The notes under the pieces are model-generated. The model was not told the origin of the DNA. It worked only from the letters and a program-made list of their open reading frames with translations, and made no database searches. Shown here piece after piece: positions 23,204 to 35,831 of a stretch of 64,000 nt of DNA. The DNA comes from Lepidodermella squamata. Its lineage: Eukaryota; Animalia; Gastrotricha. Positions within the stretch are counted from its first letter, which is position 1, and every line of letters starts with the position of its first letter. Location: the NCBI GenBank assembly GCA_047495785.1, contig JBLDXI010000032.1, positions 3,038,001 through 3,102,000 of the forward strand. Direction: 5' to 3'. Position numbers and translations under genes: made by a program.

Positions 23204-26080
23204 ATGTTCCGGATTATAGCTGTAATTTCGATAGCCGTCCAAGTTTCGTGCGAATTTTGCCACGATGCTCCATGGGCTCGGTCGATAAGACAACTCGGCT
23301 ATCAGTATGGAGATGTAATGGGTAATTAGCCGAAAATATGGGAAAATGATTTTTATATTCAAGTATTGTGGATCGTAGAAGATAATTGGAATTCAGGATC
23401 GTGGAATTCCAAGGGCACTGCAGCAAAACAACCGCTCGAAAGCTTCGATAATTCGCTCCATTTTGTTTATGAAGGAAATTCCTACACAGCTGGAATGATG
23501 CAAAGTAAAGCGGTAATATGACGATTGAAGCATACAATTATTTTAAAATATTAAATAAAATATTCTACACAGAAATTCCCTCTCACCGACTTCGAAATAG
23601 TTCTGCTGATAAAAGTGACGGATTACGATGGTAACAATGGCGATGGCTTTGCTGTGATGATCACGGACGCCGGCTCCGTGGTCCTACCAGCGTCAACTGG
23701 AAACGGAGATGATTTTCGAGCTGTTGACTACGGTGGGAATTGGAACAAATTTCGCGGGCTAGGCGTTTTCGCTCTAACCCTGAAATGGACTCTAATGGTC
23801 ATGTACAACGATTCGTATTCAGGTTCGTCACCCGGCCAGATAGATTCAATTTGCAGCTATCCAGGCGGCTTTTGTTGCAAAGAGGGCTGTACACAAAAGT
23901 CAGCATTTGTGGGCGAGCGCTACTATTCGATTCGAGTGTCAGACTCGAAATTGACAGTCATCCGATCAGCTGATCCGTCTTTCTCGCCCGCTGAGACGCT
24001 CGTGTCAAATTTCGATGTGAAATTCAACGATTTGGCGAAATCGCTTGGTGATATGTATCTCACGATTGGAGCTGCAAACGGAGGCTGGACGGATGGCGTT
24101 GATTTGGTTAGCCTCGAGGTTTACGATTGCACCCCGCCAAGCACGACAAGCCAAAGTACTACTACAACAACGACTCCAATTCAGCCAATTTCTAAGAAAA
24201 TAATCACAACAACTCAAGCTGTAGCTAATACTGACGGGCTGACAGTATCTCAAGAATCATCTACGACCCAAATGGCTGATTTATCAAAGACTACAGCGGC
24301 AGCAGTCGACAATCCTGTTTCATCAACGATGACTGCAAATAGTCAAGCTATTACCGCTACAACTGAACGGCCAGCGGCATCCCAACAAGTTTCGAAAGGT
24401 TGAATCTTCGATTTAAATTTGAATTTCTATTTTTACGTTTAATTCATTTTAAAAATGTATTATTTCATCCTCCTTATTATTGGAGAGTGGGGCGGCTAAA
24501 ATACGGAGTTGTGAGACTTTTTGGCAGTTTAAGGGGAAAAACTTTAGCTTTTGATATTGGAAAAATCACTGATTTGTAAAAATCGATACTTGGAATCGAT
24601 ATCGGCTCTGCGGGCTGAAGTGTAACGCGTAAACTGTGAGTACCTATAGCAAAATAGCATTAGGATCTATCGGTTTGGTATCATGATAAGATTCCTTTGA
24701 AAACGGGAATTGGATAAATGTCATTTTTGGAAAATAAACTGCTGGAGCCTCAAATTTGGCGCTGGGCCCTAAATTTAGAGTATGACCTAGACACGCCTTG
24801 TAAAAGCTCCCAATTAGCTTAATTAAGCTAGGTATTAAGATTTTTTCTGAAATCTTTCTAAAACATTTTCTGAAATTTAATTTTCAGATGACAACCCTAC
24901 GATGTTCGCAATTGGTCAATTTCAAAATTCTGGCGCTCAGTCGATTCAAAACAATTATTTCCCGGCTAATTACACCGAAAGCCGCGGTTCCAACCCAACA
25001 CCGCAGCAGCTGCTGACACTTTGCGACCATTTCGCTCCGACTCGAAGCGTTCCACCCGTGCAACCCTACAGCGACGCGATGTTGGTTCGCGTGGTATTTG
25101 CCGTCGACAAACTGCGCGAAATTAACACGGTCGACGAAACAATTTCCGCAGGCGCATCTCTCCTTCTAGCATGGAACGTTTCTTCATGCCCTGGGAACAC
25201 TTCCGACATTTTCTCATCTCGTGGCAGCCAGCCGATCTACAACGCAGCTGCAACGGATATTTGGACGCCGAAATTTCGCTACGTCAACACAGCGAGTTCG
25301 AACACTTATATCATGAGCGACAGCGGGGAAGTTGTGAACAAATTCGGCGATGATTTGTTCGCCGTTATTACTAGCCCCTCGACGCCGAGCAAAAATAGAA
25401 CAATCGATTTTTATTGGACCATATCCGGCGAGTTCACTTCGTCATGCGATTTAGACCTCGCCCGGTTCCCGTTTGATGTCCAAACGTGCCTTTTTGTGTT
25501 TTCTTTGGAGAGATCTACGACCCTAGTCCAGTTTTACCAGCCGGATTTCTACTACTCGGAGGAAAACTCCGGGGCGGATGATGGCGGCGAGTGGACTTTT
25601 GTCTCGAAGCAAATCGTTCAGGATGAGATGAAGTACAATGGGAAACCAGTTGGTACTGTTTTCTACAGTTTAACTCTTCGAAGAAATCCTTGGTCTTACA
25701 TCAACAATCTTGTCTTACCGACTGGGGTTTTAGCTCTAGTCGAGCTTGGCACGTATTTGTTGCCACCCCATGTCCCCGACCGTCCGGCAATGTCGATCAC
25801 AATCCTACTAGCTATGGCTGTTTCGCAATCAACCGTAACAGGGCAAGTTCCGAAAACATCGCGCAGAATTTTGTTGGTCGAATACATTCAGTACTTGACT
25901 TGGCTATGCACCGCCTGCGCCCTCTATCAAATGATGTGCTGTTTCCTGACAGGATTTGCCGAATCGAAGAAAGTGAAGAAGATGGAAATGATCATTCGGA
26001 TTTTAGATCTGATCGCCTTTGCAGCTTCGATTGCAGCTTTCATCGGCATAAATGCTTATTTCATCAAAAATGGACGCTAA
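23204..26080 (+). CDS. Predicted fusion: signal peptide + L-type lectin domain + Ser/Thr stalk + Cys-loop ligand-gated ion channel (~761 aa); pLGIC-1
   Basis: Exons 23204-23321, 23364-23512, 23573-24398, 24888-26080 join in frame (phases 1, 0, 1). Lectin motifs GDGFAV, FRGLGVF, YLTIGAANGGWTD. Channel: IWTP, CDLDLARFPFDVQTC, four TM helices. The channel exon has no signal peptide of its own. Confidence 0.75.
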
Positions 26081-26617
26081 TTTCAAATATTTTATTTTAA
26101 TTTCTATTTTTGATATAAAAAATCATTTTCGCGTCATTTTTCCTCCTGTGAGAATGTATTCTAATTTTTTTCTCAAATTTGATGAATTTGTTTAAGGTCA
26201 AATCCAATTTTTCAGAATAAAAGTATAATAAAAAAATTATTTTCGAATTTTAAATTACTCCGAATTATAAAAAAATCGCAAATATTATTATTAAGGAAAG
26301 CGCATCCAAGCTATTGATAATTTTTATATATTTTACCTGCGGCAATCATGCTTCAACGGCATAAACACTGATATTTTCGAGATTTTACCTCAAGTAAAAA
26401 ATAACGTTATTTTCAAGCGATTTGATAAAGAGTTCTTGTTGTACTCATTTTCATCCTAATTTGTTGACACGAGTAAGAAGCGAACTGGGACATCGCACTA
26501 TTATCACGGGCAATTCTCAGGAGAACAGTAGATGGCATATAATTTAGGCGCAAATAACGAGAATATTCCCTCATAAATTTAAGCATGAGATGAACCGTGT
26601 GTTCGATTTTCGCAGTA

Positions 26618-27848
26618 ATGACAACTTTCATTGTAACCTATTTTTGCTACTTACTGCTATTTTACGGAGCTTTCGGTTATAACGATGGTCGCGTGTTTTT
26701 CCCGAAAGAAGCAAGGCTGAAAAGTTTGCTAGTAGCAAGGTGCAATATTTATCTCGATTCAAGGCCGGTAACTGATGCGGATGAGTCGTTAGACGTCACG
26801 GCCTACTTGCAGCCTCGAAGATTTATCGAAATTTCAGATGTCAATGAAGCGTGAGAAATTTTTTGATTTTACTTCGATGAATCGCGAGAAAAATCATTTA
26901 AAATCAAGGTTTTCTATGGTTGCGCAACTCCAACTTGAATGGATCCATCCTTGCATTGCGAAGTACTGGAAAGAGCAAGCAGATTGGTCGAGCGTCCGCC
27001 TGATAACTGACAAAGCCTCAAAAATATGGCATCCCCCAGTTATTCACTCGAATGGCTTAGGATCAGTCTTTATTAGCAACACGTAACTTGCAATCCTATC
27101 ATTTGAAAAAACTACAAATTTTCATTATAGGAGGGAGAATGATGGAAGCATTATGCTGTTTCCTGATGGCCGTATTCAATGGATTGTTGCCTCGAGATTC
27201 GACTCACATTGCTCGATGAAATTCACTCAATTCCCATTCGATCAGCATTGCTGCGAGTTGAAACTGGAAAGTGCCCTAGAAACGGACATAGTAACCCTCC
27301 ACCCGGGTGGTTTGTTGTTCGAAATGACCCAATTCCCGTCTCAGAACACTGCCTGGGAAATTTTGAACGTAAAATCCCACCACGAAGACGTGCAATCAGT
27401 CAACGGGGCAAATTACAGCCAGGCCGTATTCCGGATTTGCTTCAAACGAGGTCATCAGTCATTTTTCGAGGACATTTTCATACCTGTTGCGGCTATTTCT
27501 TTGCTGCAAATCGGTTTCATAGCAATCCCGCCGAACCTACCAGATCGGCCTTTGTACTGCGCGATTATCATGCTTCTTTTAGCGAAAGTCCAGGAGCCGA
27601 TAAGGATGCAATTACCGAAATCGGGCGATGTCATACCAGTTGCGACATTTCTAGACTTCCAACTCATTTTCGGGACTGTTTCAACCAGCTATGCCTTGGG
27701 CAGTTTATTCGCTGCATCGGGTAAAAGCCTGCAATTTTGCCGACTTTGCAGTCGAATTTCCGTGAATAGAATAGTCGACACTGCCTTTTTCATCACCAGC
27801 GTTAGTGTTCACGTTTTTCTAGTTACCTATACTCTTTCCTTCGAATGA
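26618..27848 (+). CDS. Divergent Cys-loop ligand-gated ion channel subunit (pLGIC-2)
   Basis: Exons 26618-26850, 26909-27082, 27131-27848; signal peptide, IWHP, CSMKFTQFPFDQHCC, PDRP, 4 TM. M2 carries charged residues (LLAKVQE). Confidence 0.9.
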
Positions 27849-27889
27849 ATAAATTTTATCAAACTGGAAGATTTTTATTTGAAGTAAAA

Positions 27890-29611
27890 TTATGTCTTAC
27901 TAACAGATTTCTTTCGCACATTTTCGTTATTATTAGCAACATTTTCAGTTGTTTTAAGCGCGACTTTCGGCAGTTGAAATGCCTTCAAAACTCCGGAAGA
28001 TTCAGCGACTAAAAGCGTCAATTCCCGGCGGTCTGTTTGATCGATTAAAACTCGAGCTGAAACAGGGCTATAAAGCGGCCGTTCCATCGACCCGGTAAAA
28101 CTGCGCCGGTATACAATCGGCGTTGCTGTGTTATTCGCCAACATTTCCAACTCGTGAATCGCATTATTGCTCGAATCGACTACAACCGCGTAATTTCGAA
28201 ACGACGACAGTGACACAATTTTGCCGGCACGAGGGGCTTTTTTATCGCAATCAGGCCACGTGAATAAGTAGGTCATGTTGGTCAGGTCAAACCCGGCGAC
28301 TGTGCCGCGGCTTGAGCCGACTAATAAAACCGGCCTGCCAGCGCCATCATCGCAAATTGTTGAACAGGTCGCCCGGGGTAAATCGAGATGTCGCAGCGAG
28401 AACATTGAATTGCCCTGGCGAGATATTAAATTCAACGTCCCGGATTCAGAGTCGATCAACACGAATTGAGCCTTAATTTTCGACGACTGTTTCGCGGGGT
28501 ATGGGCAAATTGTTGAAATGTTTGACGTAAACATGTTCGGGTAGGCTTTGACCAACCGATGCGGCTCGGGTTGGTTGATTTCGAAGAGATAAATAGTCTC
28601 ATCCCCGCGGCAAGCCACCAAAATCTCCCCATTTGCAGTATCAAGGGCGAGATGGCTTGGCTTGTTGCAGGATGAAAGCCCTGGAATTTCGCCTAGGCAT
28701 CGTTTCGACTTCCATAAATCGAACAATTTGACCTGGCCGTTATCTGGATCGGCGAGATAGGCGATCCGATTGCCGAAAACTGCCATGTCGCTGATTGTAG
28801 GGGAAGATTCACATTCAGCCAGAGGGTTACTTGTGTCTATCGCGAATCGAAAATCGCGAAGTTGGACCAATTTTAAAGTTTCGTCTGGAAAAGAACTCCG
28901 CGGCAAAATTTCAGTAACTTTCCTCGGTGTCATTCGCTGGGCATGATCTGGAGGCGAGGTCAGGGTAGCTGAGACATCTCGAATGTCCGTCACGCCTAAA
29001 TCGGGCAATAACCCGAACAATTTCGCAACATTCAACCGGTCGCAGTCATCGTCGTGTTGAACCTTGAGCAACGCGTTTGTTACGGTGTTTTTAGCTTCTT
29101 TGTCACTTCGCTCCAATCCCTGAAGAACCTCACCAACGTATCGGTCGATCATGGCCTTGACGTTATCTCGCCTAGCTGCTATCATTCGGCCAATGTCATC
29201 GGATGAGATGGAATGGGGTCGTAAAATTGTCGGCTTTTTCAAATTTTTCAAGGGCGGAAGTTGAACTGGCGGTTGATTAATTTCCTTTCGTTGAATAATA
29301 TTTCGAATTATCGGTGGTGTTTTTGTGGAATTTGAGCTGCCGATGGGGAATTTTTCCGGTCTCGGGCTTTGGGTGTGAGATTTTGCTTTCAGTTTTTCGA
29401 TGGGCTGTTCTTGAGCTACAAAATCTTCTCTCAGGACCCTTACGCCGAACTTTGCCAGCTGAAGCTTGTAACGGCGCGATTCCGTGTTAACAGGCCTGTC
29501 GATGTTGGGCTGCTCATTGGCGCTCCCAATTTTGGGTGACTGGCGCAAAGCCAGAGGCGAGCTGTTAGATTTCTTCAGCGAAGGTTGTTGCTTGCGTTGT
29601 GGATGAGGCAT
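27890..29611 (-). CDS. Intronless 573-aa protein: disordered basic/Pro-rich N-terminus + C-terminal NHL-like beta-propeller
   Basis: Long ORF with blade-like repeats (ISDMAVFGNRIAYLADPDNGQVKLFD; PSHLALDTANGEILVAC; YAVVVDSSNNAIH). Confidence 0.7.
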   Translation of the reverse strand: MPHPQRKQQPSLKKSNSSPLALRQSPKIGSANEQPNIDRPVNTESRRYKLQLAKFGVRVLREDFVAQEQPIEKLKAKSHTQSPRPEKFPIGSSNSTKTPPIIRNIIQRKEINQPPVQLPPLKNLKKPTILRPHSISSDDIGRMIAARRDNVKAMIDRYVGEVLQGLERSDKEAKNTVTNALLKVQHDDDCDRLNVAKLFGLLPDLGVTDIRDVSATLTSPPDHAQRMTPRKVTEILPRSSFPDETLKLVQLRDFRFAIDTSNPLAECESSPTISDMAVFGNRIAYLADPDNGQVKLFDLWKSKRCLGEIPGLSSCNKPSHLALDTANGEILVACRGDETIYLFEINQPEPHRLVKAYPNMFTSNISTICPYPAKQSSKIKAQFVLIDSESGTLNLISRQGNSMFSLRHLDLPRATCSTICDDGAGRPVLLVGSSRGTVAGFDLTNMTYLFTWPDCDKKAPRAGKIVSLSSFRNYAVVVDSSNNAIHELEMLANNTATPIVYRRSFTGSMERPLYSPVSARVLIDQTDRRELTLLVAESSGVLKAFQLPKVALKTTENVANNNENVRKKSVSKT

Positions 29612-30806
29612 TTTCGCATAATTTATGAAACTGTTCTAAAGAATATTGCAGCGGTGTATTATAGGATCAATGCGAGATGTTGTGCAGTAAAGGAAATGAG
29701 TGGCTTATACGATTTTGTTGAAAGAAATCGGACCACCGCCGTCACCCAGGGTGAGTCTATCGCAGTTGAATGCGCGCTGAAAAAATAAATACTGGGAGTG
29801 AATCATGAATGAAATTGTACTTGCACTTTTAATCACACATCATTCATTCAGGGTATCAGGCCATCAAGAGCGGAACTTTGATAAAATCACCGCTATATAC
29901 GCCGTTTTGAACTTGAAATTTTGTCTGCAAAATGATTGATAATCAAGTTCATTTTTGTCATGCTCATATCTCTCCCAGAAGTTCCTAAAACTCAATTCCC
30001 AGAAATTGCTGCTGGATCTAAACTTATTTAATTTGGGTGCAATCTTTCAAACACAAACGAGACACTCAGCCAGAAACCAGCCCAAATATTCATTGCTATT
30101 TGAGAACTTCCACCAGGAAGCAATCAAGGTATTAATTTTTCGAAAATAGGTTTTGTATGCAATAAAATAAAGGATTTTTTCTGAACATATTGGCGTTAAC
30201 AGTATCAAAGTATCTAGCAAAGTAATATTTAAGAATTATATATATAATAAAAATGCAATGAATTATCTAAATTACAGTAATTTTCTAAACTAGGAGCATT
30301 AGTGAGGAATTGCAATGTTTTGCAAACTTATCGGATTGGTGAGCTCGTTCACGGCTTCCGAACTATTTTACTGACCTTGATCGAAAGGCCCCGTGGGTCT
30401 TAAAAGGCCCCTAAATTGGTCTTTTGGTGAGGTGCCTTGTTTTCATGTTTTTTAAAACGCAGTCCGGCATACAACGGGCCTTTCCCGACCCGGTACATTC
30501 TGACTTCCGCCGTTCGCAGGTCCGGTCTGTGTCTGTAAAACCTTTCCAGTTTATCAGTTGTGCCTTGAGCCGCTACAAATGATTTCAATAAAATTCACCT
30601 TGAAAACATTTCTAGTCCTAATAAAATATTGACTTATCACAAATAAAATGCCCCGGCTATTTTTGTGTGACAATATAAAGAGCATCAAAAGACGCACTGC
30701 CACAAGTAAAACACCGAAAAAGAGAATAAACATTGTTCAATCGATCCCGTTCTGTTTCCTTTCTGTGGATTCCTGAAAGGTTTCTTCAGACTAAAATCGC
30801 GAGAGG

Positions 30807-32190
30807 ATGATGAGATTTGCAATTTTTATTCTCTCCCTCAGCGGAACCATTATCACAGCTCAGCCAGCCAAGTTTTTGTCCACGGAGGCAAAGCTAAAGC
30901 AAGTTTTGATTGATAACTGCGGAATTCATGAGGATCAAAGACCTGTTATGTACCCCAATGAGACACTGGAGGTTGTCATCAATCTAATACCTTTGCGATT
31001 CCTTGAAATTAACGAAGTCGAAGAAAGGTATCACATCATATATAGATGTAACTTACGATTCAGTTTCAATATATTTTTCATAGATTTTCCATGATAGCCA
31101 AGCTTTTGATGACTTGGACACATCCATGCACTGCTAAATATTGGTCGCTCCCTGAATTCGAGAATACAGTTGTTATGACAGGGTCTTCCAAGCTAATTTG
31201 GCATCCTCCAACGTTTCACCTCAACGGTCTTTCCAATGTTTTTCTGAGTCAAACGTTAGCTCTACGCCATAATTTTGAATTAATGTAGTACTAGATGCAT
31301 AAGTTCCCAAAGGGAATATTTTTTATTGCTGTCATCCCTTTTCTATTTGACCCCTTGACAAAACTTGATATTGCCATTTCTTATCCATTTCTATCAGTCT
31401 GGAGGATGACAGTGTTATCTACTTGCTACCCGGTGGAAGCTTACGGTGGCTGGTCATCAACCGATTCGATTCGCATTGTATGACAAGAAACATTTCCGAT
31501 TTACTGTTATTGGATCAAAGGAATTTTTCAGGTCAAAGATTGAATTTACGAAAATTCCCCCTCGATGAGCAAACCTGTTCGGTTCGACTTGAAAGCGCGC
31601 TGGATATTGGCACAATTCACTTTTCGGCGGACGAAATTGTTCTTACATCATCAGGTTTCGCATCGACGAAGACCATCTGGGAGCTAGTATCAACTCACTC
31701 TATAGAGACAGCGATCAGCTACTCACCTGTCATCGATAGAAATTTCAGTCAAGTTGTATTTGATTTCCGCTTCAGGCGCCGCTATCGCATGTATATCGAA
31801 GCTATTTTCATTCCAAGCTTCGCTTTGACCGTACTCCAAATCGCCTTCGTTGCAATGCCACCGAAAGCTCCGGACCGGCCGATTTATTGCGCTACAATAC
31901 TCATGGCCTACGCTGTTCTCGAGCAGATGATCCAATCGGGCGTTCCGAAGACCAGTGAAACTGTTCTCATTATGGTCTTTATAACAAGTCAATTGGTTTT
32001 AAGCACTTTATGCACTCTTTACTCGCTTTTCACGTTGATGATTTCTAAGAGTAAGGCTTGCAATCGTGTTGTACGGGTGTCGGGATTAACGTTGAGCGTA
32101 TTGAGGCTCGCCGATTTGGTAACCTTCAGTGCTTTAATTGTTATCGTCGTCGCAGTTTCTGCAGCTATATTTCACCAAATGTCTTCTTGA
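30807..32190 (+). CDS. Divergent Cys-loop channel subunit (pLGIC-3)
   Basis: Exons 30807-31027, 31084-31254, 31398-31477, 31532-32190; spliced Cys-loop CQRLNLRKFPLDEQTC; PDRPIYC; 4 TM. Confidence 0.9.
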
Positions 32191-32881
32191 GTCATGAGCT
32201 ATGTACGTAACTTGTCCTGATTGCTTCTTTGCTTCAATTAAACTAAATAAACATAACCCGTCGATATATTAATACGGAAATTCATTTAGAGAATTTCCCC
32301 CACTGAGAAGAAACGATTTCCACAAACCGGTCTCAAACTTATTCAAGGCTATCTTTTAATATTTGCAAGAACTGGAATAGCGGCAAGCTAGTTTTCCAGT
32401 TCAAATAAGTGGGCCATAATTGGCAAAACAAAACAAAAAGCTTTCATCATAATTTAATATTCTTCGGCCGAAGATTAATTGAATTATCTGGATCATGCAT
32501 TGTTAGCCACGACACTTTACCATAACAATTTCATGATCGTTTCATCAGTTCGAAACGTTTTAACGAGTCGAAAGCATTGATATCCGAAGTTAAAAGCAAT
32601 TTGTTGTTGCCAGCGGTCAATCAATTCGCGTAATATTGCCGCATCACATGACGCAATTCACGACTCATTTTTGCACCATTAATTTCAATTTCACCTCCAG
32701 GGAATTTAGGTTCAACGGTGACTGCTCATTTTAATGGAGTTAAGTGGATGAACTAAGTGGAATGCTACTACCTTGGGATTCTATGCCAAAAAAACCAACG
32801 GCTATATAAATCTCCCATTCCAAGCACATTATGGCCCAGCTTTCAGGTACATTTCGCAAAAAATTCTCCAAGCAGACATAA

Positions 32882-34151
32882 ATGGCTTTAGCTACTGTGA
32901 TTTATGTGTTGAGCTTTTTCATCAGCTCAGCTTTGGCGTTTTCAACACCGGAAACTGAACTTCGCGAAATAATATGGAACGAATGCTCCTTAACCGCCAA
33001 CATGCGACCTGTTCTGCAGCAAAAAGACGTCCTGAATGTGACTATAAACATGTCGCCACCCCTCCGATTCCTCGACCTCGACGAAAAAGATGAAGTGTAA
33101 GTTCGGGAGAAATTATTAAGGAGGTTTTTTAATTGCATCCAATTTTGATTTTACAGGTTTGCAATGGTGGCTAAGCTTCAAGTCTATTGGACCAATCCTT
33201 GTGTAACAAATGCGTGGGGTAAGAATAAAACCTTGATGGACCAATACGGTGACATAATGCAGTTCTCGGAGCCAGCAAAAGACATGTGGAGGGTGCCTAC
33301 CTTCCACATTAATGGCTTGGACAACATTTTCTTTACAGAAACGTGAGTTAGGATGACAGAGACCGAACAATTCGTATAAATTGATGCTTTCCAGGCTGGC
33401 AGATCAAGCCATAATGCTGGTCTTCCCAACCGGCCAGTTCAAATGGTCAGTGATGAATCGATTCAACTCGCTATGTAACCTCAACTTCAAATACTTCCCT
33501 TTCGACAAGCAAACATGCTCAATCACCTTTGAGAGCCTGCTTAACAGTCGACTGGTCAACTTCACCGACACTTTGTTCTTTAAAGAGAAGGGTTTCATCT
33601 CAGAGGCAAGCATTTGGAAGGTTGCCCATGAAACTTCGTATACCGAGTTGAACTACTACCCGACAACTCCGAACAAATTCTTTTCGAGGGCTACTTTTGT
33701 CTGGGAACTTCAACGCAAATATGCTCCATACGTTGATACGTTATTCATCCCATGCGTCGCCTTGAGCGCCCTGCAACTTGGTTTCATTTGGCTGCCGCCA
33801 AAAACCCCAGACCGAGCTGTGTATTGCGCTGCTGTTCTCACAGCATATACCATTATTGAGACTATGCTGCAGTCTCAAATTCCGCCAACTGCTGAGAGGA
33901 TCATCTTCGTTGTCTTCATCTCAATTCAACTGCTGTTCAGCATGCTATGCACATTGTATGCTCTGGTCACTTGCCTTATGGTGCATCAAGTGCCGAAGGT
34001 GATGAAGAAGAAGATTTACATATGCAGGGGGCGATTTGAGTTGACTCTGGTGCGCCTTATCGATCTGATCTCATTTTGCATTCTCGTGCCAGCCGTTTTT
34101 CTCACTTTCTGCGTCGTGTTATTAATGCTTGTAGTTTATAGAGATGATTAA
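32882..34151 (+). CDS. Divergent Cys-loop channel subunit (pLGIC-4)
   Basis: Exons 32882-33096, 33157-33342, 33395-34151; CNLNFKYFPFDKQTC; PDRAVYC. Confidence 0.92.
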
Positions 34152-34559
34152 TGACGTCGGAATACCCATCTAAGTGCTATTAGACTTTGGTTTCCTGTAC
34201 AATTTCCTCTTGTAGAGGTCTCAAATTAAAGCATGGAGTTGATAATTTGATTGCCTAGCGATAAATAAGGCCAATTTTGGCATGGATTTTTCTAGTTTAA
34301 ATAATAATTTCGTTTCATCGTGACATGAATTTTAATTTCATCGTTATAGTCGATAAAAATAATTGAAAAATAAAACAGCAATCGAATCCCGCTTTTTATG
34401 TCTATCTGCTCTCTCAATTATTCATGACCAAGGTAATAGCCCATTCAGCGATAAGGGGCAATTTACCGCTGCCCGATCGATGTGCCAAAACAACATCCTT
34501 CTAGATATTTAAAAAAATCCTAACAGTTGTTAGTTATGAAATTTCCTTACACGCAAGAA

Positions 34560-35831
34560 ATGTTTCGCATTTTTGCGTTGCTGATTTGCTGCCAATTGGC
34601 GTGGGCGGGCAAGTTCAAGACGCCAGAAACTGAACTACGCGATCTACTATGGGAAGAATGCTCCCTCCTCGACAACATGCGGCCAGTTATGAACCAAAAA
34701 GACGTTCTCAACGTTACAATCAACATGTCACCTCCGCTGAGGTTCCTAGAGCTGGACGAGCTGCAAGAGGTGTAAGTTGAAATTCGATGTCTAAACCTGC
34801 CCTCGAGTTCTGTTGTTCTAAAATTAAGGTATTCCATTGTGGCCAAGTTGCAAATTTATTGGAACAATCCGTGTGTTGCCCATTTTTGGGGCGGTAACAA
34901 AACTCTTATGAGTCAATACGGTGACATCATGCAATTCAGCGAGCCTGCTAGGTTATTATGGCGAGTTCCGATTTTTCTTATCAACGGAGTCGATAATATA
35001 TTTTTCACGGAAACGTAATCGATTGATTTTATGGAAAAAGCCTCCTTAATTTCAATTTTTTTACTAAGGCTCGAAGAACAATCTGTGATGCTTATTTTCC
35101 CGACTGGCCAGTTCAAATGGTCGGTTATGAATCGATTCAACACTCATTGCAGCCTGACCTTTAAATACTTCCCGTTCGACGTTCAACGATGCACTATAAC
35201 ATTTGAAAGCCTCCTCAACAGCAAATTAGTCACTTTCACAGATACGCTCTTCGTCCACGAGCCGTCGTTTGTTTCCGAGAGCAGTGTATGGGAGGTCAAA
35301 TCCGAGGCGTCTTACGTTGAGTTCAAATACTACCCAACTACGCCGAACAAAAACTTCTCGAGGGCTAATTTTGCTTGGGAATTTAATCGCAAGTATGCCC
35401 CATACGTTGACTCGTTGTTCATTCCAAGCATCGCTCTGTGCGTGCTTCAACTCGGTTTCCTAGGACTTCCGCCTAAAGCGCCGGACCGTGCTGTTTATTG
35501 CGCAGCTATTCTGACAGCTTTCACTATTATTGAGACTATATTACAGAACTTTATACCACGTACCTCGGAGCGTATCTATTTTGTGATTTTCATCTCTGTG
35601 CAACTCATGTTCAGCATGTTCAGCACACTTTACGCCCTTGTAACTTGCCTTATTGCACATCATTCGCCTCAATATGCCAAGCGCAAGGTATTCTTATGCA
35701 AATCCAATGGCTGGCAGATTACGATGATCCGGTTGATTGATTTGATTGCTTTCTGCTGCATTGTCCCCGCTGTTTTGATGTCATTCGCCGTTATCATTTT
35801 CCAGCTACTTTTAAATCGCACCGACTATTGA
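34560..35831 (+). CDS. Divergent Cys-loop channel subunit (pLGIC-5), close paralog of pLGIC-4
   Basis: Exons 34560-34771, 34829-35014, 35069-35831; CSLTFKYFPFDVQRC; PDRAVYC. Confidence 0.92.

Noticed and set aside
24815-24830. 16-bp perfect palindrome tagcttaattaagcta in the lectin-channel intron
   Set aside because: Single AT-rich palindrome with no functional evidence.
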